A stretch of 63,750 bases of DNA, counting the filler. It is 4 parts of 4 records of this genome, joined end to end, with 100 filler letters (N's around TTAATTAATTAA, not from the genome) between each part and the next. Parts side by side here need not be neighbours in the genome. Positions count along the whole stretch, not along the records: positions 31,441 to 46,141 come from SRR20825019_933; positions 46,242 to 58,455 come from SRR20825019_940; 2 more parts are not named here. The stretch is one strand, 5' to 3'. Under the pieces are notes generated by a model, which was not told where the DNA came from, ran no database searches, and worked only from the letters and a program-made list of their open reading frames with translations. Below, piece after piece: positions 41,178-50,160 of this stretch (position 1 is the stretch's first letter; every line of letters begins with the position of its first letter). The translations under genes and the position numbers were made by a program.

Positions 41178-41836
41178 TATTTTTTTGTTGGAACAGGTTT
41201 AAAGTTAAATTTTTTAGTGGCATTTCGAACCTTTTCAACAAAATCCATTCCTGGATCTGTCTTTTCGGTACGATAACCATCATCAACTTCCAACCAAAGT
41301 GGATGTCCTTCAAAAAGCGTGTATTCTTGGTGACCGATTACATAATCAATGTCATATTTTGATGCTAAATAGTTCACCAGATAAATATTGGAGCGCAACT
41401 GTTTTTTGGTCAATGGCAATCCTTCTGTACCTCCAACATTCTCTATTCCTATGGCACAATGGTTCAATCCAATAGTGTGCCTTGCCATGGTGGTTTCCGG
41501 CATCAATCGGTAAATGGTCCCATCTTGGTCCACCAAAAAATGGGAGCTTACATTTAGTCCGCTCACGTTTACCAAATCGGGGCGCCAGTTGGGTAAGGTA
41601 GACCGGTTGAAAGCTTCGAACGATTTTTTTAAGGATGGAATAGCCGTCCAATGTAGCACTACCATTTTAGGCGTGATTTCCGGGGTGTCCTGCTTTAACT
41701 CGTACCTGTTCAACAAGTATTCTTTGGTCAGTTCCACGCGTTGTTCATCAAAAATAATGGGAATATCCACAATCTCCTTTTGGATGGAACATGCTCCCAA
41801 GGCCAAGGCCCATACAATTAAACTAGTCTTTTTCAT
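41177..41836 (-). CDS. N-acetylmuramoyl-L-alanine amidase (Amidase_2) lipoprotein
   Basis: Lipobox LGAC, VVLHWT, SSHF, HTIGLN..AIGIE, GHQE. Confidence 0.88.
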   Translation of the reverse strand: MKKTSLIVWALALGACSIQKEIVDIPIIFDEQRVELTKEYLLNRYELKQDTPEITPKMVVLHWTAIPSLKKSFEAFNRSTLPNWRPDLVNVSGLNVSSHFLVDQDGTIYRLMPETTMARHTIGLNHCAIGIENVGGTEGLPLTKKQLRSNIYLVNYLASKYDIDYVIGHQEYTLFEGHPLWLEVDDGYRTEKTDPGMDFVEKVRNATKKFNFKPVPTKK

Positions 41837-42260
41837 TCGGAGTATTTATAGAATCAATGGGAACGGCGTAGCAAATGATCAGTTTTTTTCTGCCCCATTC
41901 CCTAGCTTTTTTTACATCTTTTCCCATGTAAATATCAATGCGGTTTCGCCAACGCCAATGCATTTTGTCCTTCACGTAAAAGGTATCTGGGAACGTATCA
42001 ATTTTAACCATGGTATTGTGTGTAAATCCTTTTTTGATCAGGTCCCTGGATACTGCGATGACTTTCATGCCAGGTTTTAAGGTATCTCCCCAAGCCGCAA
42101 CGGAAGGGTTGATACTATCCGTTTGCCAAAATACGGAGTTATAGGCAGAAGCCGTGACTTCATGTCCGTACCAATCATATTTTTTTTTGGGCTTTGTTTC
42201 ATCTTCTTTTGATGAACATCCCGCCAGAATAATGATCAGTATGAAAACACAGTTTTTCAA
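41823..42260 (-). CDS. 3D domain (MltA-related) lipoprotein
   Basis: TASAYNS..QTD, IAVSRDL, VKD, RIDIYM; TTG start overlapping the upstream TGA. Confidence 0.85.
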   Translation of the reverse strand: MKNCVFILIIILAGCSSKEDETKPKKKYDWYGHEVTASAYNSVFWQTDSINPSVAAWGDTLKPGMKVIAVSRDLIKKGFTHNTMVKIDTFPDTFYVKDKMHWRWRNRIDIYMGKDVKKAREWGRKKLIICYAVPIDSINTPNEKD

Positions 42261-43738
42261 TGCAATAAATTTTCCAAGAGCATAATGTCCACATTGGTGT
42301 TGTTCCATCGATCGGACAACACATCGGGAACCGGCGTGAAGCCCAAGGTCAATGAACTAAGTACAATATCCAGGTCACCGTCATCATCAATGTCCGAAGC
42401 ATCCATCAAAAACCAACGCGCCAAAGCGGGGTCTTCCAATATTTTTGTAGAAAACTCATACGCATCCGAGTCCTTGTTTTCCAAATACACGAAGGAGCGT
42501 TCTGGAAACTCCATATAATTGGGAAATGTACTGATCAGGGCAAAATCTATGTCACCGTCTTGGTCAAAATCCCTAGAAAGCACTCTTGTAGCGCCGTACA
42601 TTGGGTAAAAATAGGACTCAGCGTACTCGTTGCCTCCCTTGTTAAGGTAGATTCGCATTCCATGGTAGGGTTTGTGAACATACGAAATATCCGCATTATC
42701 CCCTTGAACTGTTATGATATCGTCCAGTCCATCCCCATTATAATCTACTATTTCGAACCAACTTGTTCCGAACAAAGGACTAAACTCCAAAAGTTTTTTA
42801 GCTTCAAACACTAAATCTTCAGTCTGATGGAAAACCGTAATGCTCTCGTTACTTTGGGTCATTAAGGCTACAATATCGAGTTTGCCATCATTGTTCATGT
42901 CCTTTGCCACAGTACGTATGGCACCAGGGAGGTTGAGCAATACTTTTTTGTCATACCCTCCAGATTCGTTCTCGATCAAAAGTGACAACCGACCGGATTC
43001 ATTGCCGAACTCGCTCACGACGATTTCATTTTTGCCGTCACCGTTCAAATCTTCCAATAAAGTATGGACGGGCCTATGAAAACTTTGATCCACAGCTAAG
43101 GTATCCGTTCCAATTTTGCGAAGTATTTTTCCTTTTTCCAATTCGGATGGACGGATGATTCCTACCTCACTGATAATTTCCATGGAATCTTTTTTACTGT
43201 ACCAAGTTATAGGTGTCTTGCCTTGATAGATTTGTTCAGAGGCTTCTTGGTCAAAATTAAAAGACCCTAAAGTTCCGGTGAGATCTCCGTAGTGGACTTG
43301 GTTATTATCCTCAAGAAATTCCAAATAAGTGATCATACCACCATTTTGTTCATCAACGGCATATGGCTTGGCCACAAATTGGTTCAAGGTATCTGCCTTG
43401 GGTACATCTATCGCTTCCAAATGTTCGGGCGCATTGGATAGTACGTAGGTCTGAATCTGCACCCATTCTTCAAAGGTGAGTTTTGGTCTAAAGCCTGGTG
43501 CTCCAGCATTTGCACCTTCATTGATCCCTTCTACTTCCATACGCTCCAGCATGGCTGGAAGCACTGACTTTTTCCATATTTCTTTGGGCAGTTCGTCCAA
43601 TTTAGGAGCTAAGTGGCAACTGGCGCAGTATTTTGTATAGAGCTCAGCCTCCGGGGATTTTGGTGTTTCTTTTTTACAGGAAGAAATAAAAATTAAAAGT
43701 AATAAAAGTAGTGGGGTAATACTTGGTCTGTTCGGCAT
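42257..43738 (-). CDS. Cytochrome c plus FG-GAP/VCBS repeat lipoprotein
   Basis: Lipobox ISSC, CASCH heme motif, repeated DxNxDG/DxDxDG loops. Confidence 0.85.
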   Translation of the reverse strand: MPNRPSITPLLLLLLIFISSCKKETPKSPEAELYTKYCASCHLAPKLDELPKEIWKKSVLPAMLERMEVEGINEGANAGAPGFRPKLTFEEWVQIQTYVLSNAPEHLEAIDVPKADTLNQFVAKPYAVDEQNGGMITYLEFLEDNNQVHYGDLTGTLGSFNFDQEASEQIYQGKTPITWYSKKDSMEIISEVGIIRPSELEKGKILRKIGTDTLAVDQSFHRPVHTLLEDLNGDGKNEIVVSEFGNESGRLSLLIENESGGYDKKVLLNLPGAIRTVAKDMNNDGKLDIVALMTQSNESITVFHQTEDLVFEAKKLLEFSPLFGTSWFEIVDYNGDGLDDIITVQGDNADISYVHKPYHGMRIYLNKGGNEYAESYFYPMYGATRVLSRDFDQDGDIDFALISTFPNYMEFPERSFVYLENKDSDAYEFSTKILEDPALARWFLMDASDIDDDGDLDIVLSSLTLGFTPVPDVLSDRWNNTNVDIMLLENLLH

Positions 43739-43779
43739 TGGTCGGTTCTGTCTTAAAATTTAAGCGAGTTGGTTTATCT

Positions 43780-44652
43780 TTAGTTGGGTAATGGCACATA
43801 GGTGTTGTCGTTTTCCATCATGGGAAAGGTTTTATCGGCCCATGCTTTTTTTGCTTGTTCCAGTTTTTCCTTACTGGAAGAAACAAAATTCCAATAAATA
43901 TAGCGTTCCTCTGGAAAAGGTTCGCCCCCGAACAACATTAAATGTGTATTTGGTTTTAGTTTTATGTTGCAGGTATCTTCTACTTTTGACACCAGAATAT
44001 TTCCTTCGCCAACCGTTTCTCCGCAGGCTTCAATGCCGCCTTCGACGATACAAATACCAATTTCACCTTTTAGGTTACCGTTTACATTCAAGGAATACGC
44101 TTCCTTTGCCATTACTTCTACCATAAAAAGATTGGAATGCACGGGTACCGGGGATTTTTTTCCGTAACCTTCGCCCGCAACTAATTTAAATTCCGTACTG
44201 CCATCGGTCCATTTGGGAATGTCTTCGCCATCAATATGATGGAATTGAGGTTCCATGTCCTCCAATTCTTTTGGCAATGCTACCCAAATTTGATAACCAT
44301 GCGCTGTAAACGTATTGCCGTTGCGCAAATCTTGTGGTGTTCTCTCGGTATGGGTGACCCCCTTCCCTGCCGTCATCCAGTTAACGGAACCGGGTTTAAT
44401 ACGTTGATGGGTCCCAAGGCTATCTTCGTGGTTGATCTCACCTTCCAACATAAATGTCAAAGTGGAAAGACCCATGTGCGGATGCTGGTCCACGTCCATA
44501 TACTTTTCAGGTCCTAATTTTGTAGGCCCCATATGGTCGATAAAAATAAAAGGGCCGATCATACGCTTCTTGCGGAAAGGAATCAATCTTCCTACCAAAA
44601 AATCGCCAATATCCCTACTACGCTCTTCAATGATCAATCCAATGTTGGACAT
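43780..44652 (-). CDS. Pirin family protein
   Basis: GPFIFIDH, HPH, HEDSLG, WMTAGKGVTHTE, QIWVALP. Confidence 0.95.
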   Translation of the reverse strand: MSNIGLIIEERSRDIGDFLVGRLIPFRKKRMIGPFIFIDHMGPTKLGPEKYMDVDQHPHMGLSTLTFMLEGEINHEDSLGTHQRIKPGSVNWMTAGKGVTHTERTPQDLRNGNTFTAHGYQIWVALPKELEDMEPQFHHIDGEDIPKWTDGSTEFKLVAGEGYGKKSPVPVHSNLFMVEVMAKEAYSLNVNGNLKGEIGICIVEGGIEACGETVGEGNILVSKVEDTCNIKLKPNTHLMLFGGEPFPEERYIYWNFVSSSKEKLEQAKKAWADKTFPMMENDNTYVPLPN

Positions 44653-44703
44653 AGGTTAAATGTTTATATTTAGAAGCAGAAAGTTACAAATACATCCTAT
44701 ATC

Positions 44704-46038
44704 ATGAAACTACTTAAACGTGTTTTGCTGCTCCTTGTCGTAATCATAGGGGTTGTCGTTTACCTAAATTATCCCAAATTGAACATTATCTCCGGTTATG
44801 CTGCAAAAAATGTGGCATCTGGTGTTTTCTTGGCGCATCGTTCCGCTGCCAGTATGAATCAATATGACAATAGTGCTCCCTTAATTGAAATAGCATCTAC
44901 TGAGATTAATGAGAGTGAGCAATCCGCATCTTCAACCGTTTATGGGATGATGGAGCGTACCGCAGTTTATCGTGATGGTCTTGGAGCCGTTTTGATCAAT
45001 GATGATTACGACCCCAAAGCGTTAACAATAAAACCTCAAAGAAACCAACCTGTCGACACCATTCCTTACCCGTATGGACAAGCGGCTCCATTGGATACCG
45101 TATTGGCTGATGTGGATATGGATCAAATCAACAAGGCCATCGCCATGGCCTTCGCCGAGCCTGAAACTCAAAAAACACGAACCTTTCTAATTCTGTACAA
45201 AGGACATTTGATCGCCGAAAAATATATTGATGGGTTCGATAAGGATACGCCTATTTTGGGATGGTCCATGACCAAAAGTGTGTTGGCCACTTGCTATGGA
45301 ATTTTGGAACACCAAGGAAAGTTGGAAATGGATTGGCCCGCTCCCATTCCTGAATGGAAGGATGATGAGCGAAAGAACATTACCCTAGATCATTTACTCC
45401 GCATGCAAAGCGGATTAGCGTGGGACGAGGATTATACCGGAATATCGGATGTTACTCGAATGCTGTTTTTGGACAGTGATATGACCCAGGCCCAACGTGA
45501 CAAAAAAGCGATAGCAAAACCAACGGAAATATGGAACTACTCTTCAGGGACCACAAATTTGCTTTCGGGAATACTAAAGCAGCAATTTAGGAGCCATCAA
45601 GAGTATTTGGACTTCCCCTACTCCGCTTTAATCGATAAAATAGGGATGTATTCCATGGTTATGGAAGCTGATATTGCAGGGAATTATGTGGGCTCCTCCT
45701 ACGCATGGGCGAGTACACGGGATTGGGCACGTTTTGGACAATTGCACCTGGATAAGGGGAATTGGAACGGGAAACAACTGTTTGATGCTTCTTGGATTGA
45801 TTACATTACAACTCCAACTGTAAATTCCAACGGTACTTACGGTGCTCATTTTTGGTTGAATGCAGAAGGGAAATATCCGGATGTGCCCAGGGATATGTTT
45901 TCTTGCAATGGTTTTGAAGGTCAACATGTGTTCATGATTCCCTCCAAAGACTTGGTGGTTGTGCGTACAGGTTTGGCCGAGGAACCGTATTTTGATGTGA
46001 ACGGAGTACTGTCGAACATCGTAAAAGCGGTACCGTAA
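44704..46038 (+). CDS. Serine hydrolase (beta-lactamase/AmpC family)
   Basis: WSMTKS (SxxK), LLRMQSG, NYSSG, RDWARFG. Confidence 0.9.
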   Translation: MKLLKRVLLLLVVIIGVVVYLNYPKLNIISGYAAKNVASGVFLAHRSAASMNQYDNSAPLIEIASTEINESEQSASSTVYGMMERTAVYRDGLGAVLINDDYDPKALTIKPQRNQPVDTIPYPYGQAAPLDTVLADVDMDQINKAIAMAFAEPETQKTRTFLILYKGHLIAEKYIDGFDKDTPILGWSMTKSVLATCYGILEHQGKLEMDWPAPIPEWKDDERKNITLDHLLRMQSGLAWDEDYTGISDVTRMLFLDSDMTQAQRDKKAIAKPTEIWNYSSGTTNLLSGILKQQFRSHQEYLDFPYSALIDKIGMYSMVMEADIAGNYVGSSYAWASTRDWARFGQLHLDKGNWNGKQLFDASWIDYITTPTVNSNGTYGAHFWLNAEGKYPDVPRDMFSCNGFEGQHVFMIPSKDLVVVRTGLAEEPYFDVNGVLSNIVKAVP

Positions 46039-46141
46039 ATCGATGAGATATATCAAAATACTTGAAAAACCACAGAATCAAGACACTTCACAACAATAAT
46101 TTCGTTTACGGGAACTCTCGTAGTAGTTTTACTATGTAATA

Positions 46142-46241
46142 NNNNNNNNNNNNNNNNNNNNNNNNNNNNNNNNNNNNNNNNNNNNTTAATTAATTAANNN
46201 NNNNNNNNNNNNNNNNNNNNNNNNNNNNNNNNNNNNNNNNN
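46142..46241. other. Artificial contig linker
   Basis: N run with TTAATTAATTAA at 46186-46197. Confidence 0.99.
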
Positions 46242-46999
46242 GTGCGGATCTCGTGGCTCATATTGGCCAGAAATTCACTCTTGGCCTGTGAGGCCGCATG
46301 GGCGGCCTGGGTGGCGGCTTCAAGATCCTGGGTGCGGGCGGCAACAAGATGCTCCAGGTTTTCATTGGTGGCGCGCGTTTCGTTTAACGCCTTCTCGCTG
46401 CGCCGATGGGCCGACTGGATCAGGCTGATCATCGTCAACCCCAGGGCGAAGACAAATCCGAGGGACATAAACCCGTCCCGAGCCAGAGTGTCGGCGGCAT
46501 AGTCAGCTGAGCCTGCCGCCGGGTGGGCCTGGAGAATCCACTGATAGAACCCAATGTGTCCGAAGATGATGATCGCAAAGACGGTGTAGGCGATACGACG
46601 GCTTGCGAAGATCGAGGCCATGAGCACAAACACGAGATCGTAGGCAAAGAGCTGGATTCCCGTGCCGAGGGGTTCGACCATGGTGCCCGGGTATAACAGC
46701 ACCAGATGCACCGGCACGACCAGACCGAGCACGAGGGTGTTGCCCGCCGCATCGATGCGTCCGCGCCGCACCAGGATGAATGAGGCGTAGGCTGCCGCCG
46801 TCAGCACAAGATTCATCAAAAGCCGGATGCCCATCTCCGGAGATTGCACCCAGATCAACTTCATGACGTTGATCGGCATAAACCCGAGCACGAGAAGATT
46901 CAGGGACATCAGGAGCTTCGCCATCACCCGCACGAAATACGGTTGATTGTGATAAGTGGTATCCAACCGTGAAAACCAAGTGGTGAAGGGACGAATCAT
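46242..46999 (-). CDS. Membrane sensor histidine kinase, N-terminal part, cut by the contig end
   Basis: Several TM helices, coiled coil, AKSEFLANMSHEIR H-box typical of hybrid kinases. Confidence 0.9.
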
Positions 47000-47176
47000 G
47001 AACCGCGCGAAATTAGTTACTAAGCCCTATGCAGCGATAGTAAATCACCCGACTAGGGAATATACCCTGCGTGCAGAAGTAAACTGTTTACAGAAGGAAG
47101 GATGGCTACACGCGAAGTATAAATTTTGATAGCAAGCGACCGCTTCAAAAAGGCTCAGCGATTTGGGAAAACGGGA

Positions 47177-47266
47177 TCACTTTGCAGACAGTAGCCCAAT
47201 CCGCCGAAAGCGGTAGAGGAGACGATTGCGATTCTTGTTGGTCAGCTCGTGCTCCCAGATGCGAAA
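47177..47266 (-). pseudogene. vsr: 3' remnant of a Vsr very-short-patch-repair endonuclease
   Basis: Manual translation FRIWEHELTNKNRNRLLYRFRRIGLLSAK*; RIWEHEL is the Vsr C-terminal motif; in-frame TGA a few codons upstream and no start codon. Confidence 0.65.
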
Positions 47267-47423
47267 GAGAAAAGTTCAAAATCAATCGAACAGAAGAATA
47301 GAACTCATGTGGATCGTCTGATGGAAGTGAGCTTAAGATTCCTCCCAGCGATAGTTAAGCAGCTGATTACAATAAAGAATTTAAGCGTCTTTATATTTGA
47401 ATTTTTATTGTTAGGTCTTGCTC

Positions 47424-48221
47424 ATGGCTACCGGTAAGCGTTGGACCCAAGCAGAACTTTTGATCGCACTTAACCTCTACCATAAACTGTCGTTTGGTCA
47501 GATGCATGGCCGTCATCCAGCCATTGTTGCCTTGGCTCAAAAGATGGGACGTGGAGCCAACAGTCTCGCAATGAAACTCAGTAATCTCGCCTCATTAGAT
47601 CCTGCTTTGAAAATTCGAGGAATCAAAGGACTGACGGGAGCCAGCGCGCTAGATCGTGCGGTATGGAAGGAGTTTCATGACAATCCTGAAGAAGCTATCC
47701 CAGCCAGCGAACAAGCCTTTCGTGCTATTTTTGAGGCGGATGAATCGAAGGAGGTTGATGTCCTTCCCCAAGAAGGGGTTCGAGTGAGAGCAGTTCCCAC
47801 TGGTCCGACGACAATTCGAACCACAGTAAAAATCCGCCGAGGCCAGGAGTATTTCCGTCAAGCGGTGCTAAACAATTTTGGAGGAATGTGCGGAGTCACG
47901 GGGTTGTCAGTGCGGGAGCTTCTTATCGCTTCACATATCTTGCCTTGGGGGAGCCACGAATCCGAAAGATTAAATGTCCGTAATGGGCTCTGTCTTTCAA
48001 GATTACACGATGCTGCCTTTGATACCGGACTAATTACATTTGATGAAAATTTGCGGCTTAGATTGTCCCAGAAATTGAAATCCGCACTTCCTCAGAAAAC
48101 AGTAAACGATAATTTTTCGTTTTATGAAGGTGAGCCATTAGTTCTTCCCGAGGATTCATTCCCTCCTGATTCTAAGCTCTTAGCTGTTCATAATTCGAAG
48201 ATCTTCGTAGGGGATGTTTGA
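47424..48221 (+). CDS. HNH endonuclease, putative restriction/defence nuclease
   Basis: N-terminal WTQAELLIALNLY...MKLSNLASLDP domain; RRGQEYFR, CGVTG, ASHILPW, NGLCLSRLHDAAFDTG. Confidence 0.9.
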   Translation: MATGKRWTQAELLIALNLYHKLSFGQMHGRHPAIVALAQKMGRGANSLAMKLSNLASLDPALKIRGIKGLTGASALDRAVWKEFHDNPEEAIPASEQAFRAIFEADESKEVDVLPQEGVRVRAVPTGPTTIRTTVKIRRGQEYFRQAVLNNFGGMCGVTGLSVRELLIASHILPWGSHESERLNVRNGLCLSRLHDAAFDTGLITFDENLRLRLSQKLKSALPQKTVNDNFSFYEGEPLVLPEDSFPPDSKLLAVHNSKIFVGDV

Positions 48222-48314
48222 ATAATTTAGATGCGCCGAAATTGCTGCAGTCCGAGTCTGACTATCAAAAAGTTCAAATTATGGGAGCGAACTATTGAGT
48301 AATATCGTCAGGAA

Positions 48315-48656
48315 TCATTTTGGCAGCCCCAGACGCGTAGCAATTCGACGACAATCATGGCTGTCGAAATCTCGTAGATTTTCGGGAAGTAAAATAGACA
48401 AGCATTCGGTGCCGAATTTATCCTCAAGCAGGTAAGGCCAAGTGACGTCTAAATCGGTGAAATCGATATGCTGACATGTCCAATTTTCGAAAGTCATCGC
48501 GATGTTCACAACGACCCTCATGAGATTATCCATCCCACGATAAGCGTCACTTAGATCTAGAGATTTGTCATTTTCTTCGCATTTGAGGCATGCCTGCCAC
48601 AATGATGAGGAAGCGGCGAATAGGGCCGCTGGATCGGCAGTTTTCGTGGATTTCAT
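48315..48656 (-). CDS. Hypothetical protein
   Basis: 113-aa ORF with globular composition (WPYLLEDKFG); no family recognised. Confidence 0.7.
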   Translation of the reverse strand: MKSTKTADPAALFAASSSLWQACLKCEENDKSLDLSDAYRGMDNLMRVVVNIAMTFENWTCQHIDFTDLDVTWPYLLEDKFGTECLSILLPENLRDFDSHDCRRIATRLGLPK

Positions 48657-48754
48657 GTATTGCCATACTATCCAATAATACGAAGCGCTTCCACGGACGA
48701 TGAGTCACATCCCAAGGAAAATGGGTCGGATCTTTATCTAGATTCCCGTGCTCG

Positions 48755-49357
48755 TTAAGAGTCTGGGCTTCGTTCCTTATGATGTTCTTTCATCATGGCC
48801 TTGAGCACACCTTGACCTTTGAGCGAGCCACGGGCCTCTTTTAGGCAAGAGCGCAACAGTTCCAATTCGACGCCACGACGGGCACGGAAGCGACGCTGAC
48901 GTTCGGCGTTTTTTTGGCGCTTGTGTTCGTCGGAAACGGGTGGACGGCCGGCGCGCAGGCGGATCGGCAGATCAACCTTGGGTGTGAAAAGGTTGCGATT
49001 TTTGAAGGGAGGCGGGCTGTCGCGCAGGGCGAGGAGGCGTTCGTCAGGAGCTTGCACGCTGAACCATGGCTCTGCCAAGTGGCGCCTTGAATCATGGGTC
49101 CATGCAGGGACTGACAATTTGGCCTGATTAGCCAAGTGTTCGGCATAGGCTGCGAGCCAGGCGTCGGCCGCGTGACCTTCAGGGAATCGATCAGCAATCA
49201 ACGTGGGTTCCTCATGAATGCTTTGCGCGAGGGCCGGCCGCTGCCGGATGGCCCGGATCGTGTGCAACCAATCCTGAAGTTCCAAACCAAACGTGCGCTG
49301 ATCGTCGGCACGATCAGCAACTTCGGCGAGGGTTTGAGGGCGTAGATTCAGGTTCAT
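48755..49357 (-). CDS. Putative antitoxin / partner of the DUF6036-like nucleotidyltransferase, with C-terminal basic region
   Basis: DAWLAAYAEHLA...PAW...EPWF...SPPPFKNRNLF core; ATGA overlap with the NTase stop; RAGRP and KRQKNAERQRRFRARR tail. Confidence 0.7.
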   Translation of the reverse strand: MNLNLRPQTLAEVADRADDQRTFGLELQDWLHTIRAIRQRPALAQSIHEEPTLIADRFPEGHAADAWLAAYAEHLANQAKLSVPAWTHDSRRHLAEPWFSVQAPDERLLALRDSPPPFKNRNLFTPKVDLPIRLRAGRPPVSDEHKRQKNAERQRRFRARRGVELELLRSCLKEARGSLKGQGVLKAMMKEHHKERSPDS

Positions 49358-49922
49358 TGATCGGAGACTTTAGGAAGGGAAATTTCAGCGAGAATACGCG
49401 CGACCATCTTTTGGGCGAATTCGTGGGGAATTTCTCCGGGGAAAAATTGTTCGTAAATTTCGTCCACCGCTTCGTTGCCAGACGGTTTGATTTTGTGGAG
49501 GAGAAATCGGATGTCAGGTTCGTCTCCCTTGTATCCGAACATCGGGGGACGGGCGGCTTTCAGTTTGAGTGCGAGGAGGTAGTTTGCGGTGGGGATGGAG
49601 ATACTTAAACTCGGTTCGAATTCCTTGGAGGGATAGGGGCGGCGCTGATCGAAAGGGGAAAGGAACTGCTGCACGTTGCCGTTGAGCCAGTCTTCGGGGA
49701 GATCCTGTTCGTGGGCGACTTTCGCCACCAGCCTGGCACCGGTTTCTGCGGGTTTGATGATCGCATCTACATCGCGGGTCGTGTCGCGTGAGCCGTAAAC
49801 GAGGGTGAAGACAGCTCCCCCGTAGAGGGCTACTTCGAGCACAATGCCTCGGCCGTTGCCAATTCGGAGAGGCGACGGAGGGCTGCGCGGAGGCGTGCGG
49901 GACTGAGATTTTCGTATGGAAT
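49354..49922 (-). pseudogene. DUF6036/AbiEii-like nucleotidyltransferase (putative toxin), frameshifted near the 5' end
   Basis: YGGA...TRDVD, WLN, LLALKLKAAR...D..DIRFL in 49354-49842; N-terminal helix ENLSPARLRAALRRLSELATAE lies in another frame; one G missing at about 49847. Confidence 0.75.
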
Positions 49923-49930
49923 AAATAAAA

Positions 49931-49957
49931 CGTTACGTAATGAATAATAATTTACAA
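49931..49957 (-). promoter_or_regulatory. Putative promoter with overlapping palindromic operator for the NTase-partner operon
   Basis: Minus strand TTGTAA-N16-TAACGT; palindrome TTACGTAA at 49933-49940 within CGTTACGTAATG. Confidence 0.5.
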
Positions 49958-50160
49958 GTCGTGAAACGCATCTGAATAAGTCAACTAATAGTTGACGTGC
50001 AGATTCGGGCGAGGATAGGGGAGATGGATTTGCCTGCAAAGCAGAGTGGGGCCGAATTGGGCAGCGCGCAGCTGACGGTTGATCGCTTTCAACCTACAGC
50101 TGACCGGGTTAACCCCTGAATGCTTACCGCTTAGGACTTAATGCTGCACGCTCTCGTGTG

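Noticed and set aside
47079-47091. GTAAAC-T-GTTTAC palindrome upstream of the sensor kinase
   Set aside because: Short, single, and no cognate regulator identifiable
48701-48707. AP-1-like TGAGTCA upstream of the 113-aa gene as a second bZIP site
   Set aside because: A 7-mer of a different bZIP class than TTACGTAA; expected by chance
49923-50039. 5' part of the 69-aa ORF as a real gene
   Set aside because: It runs through the AT-rich promoter; only its 3' end resembles the NTase N-terminus
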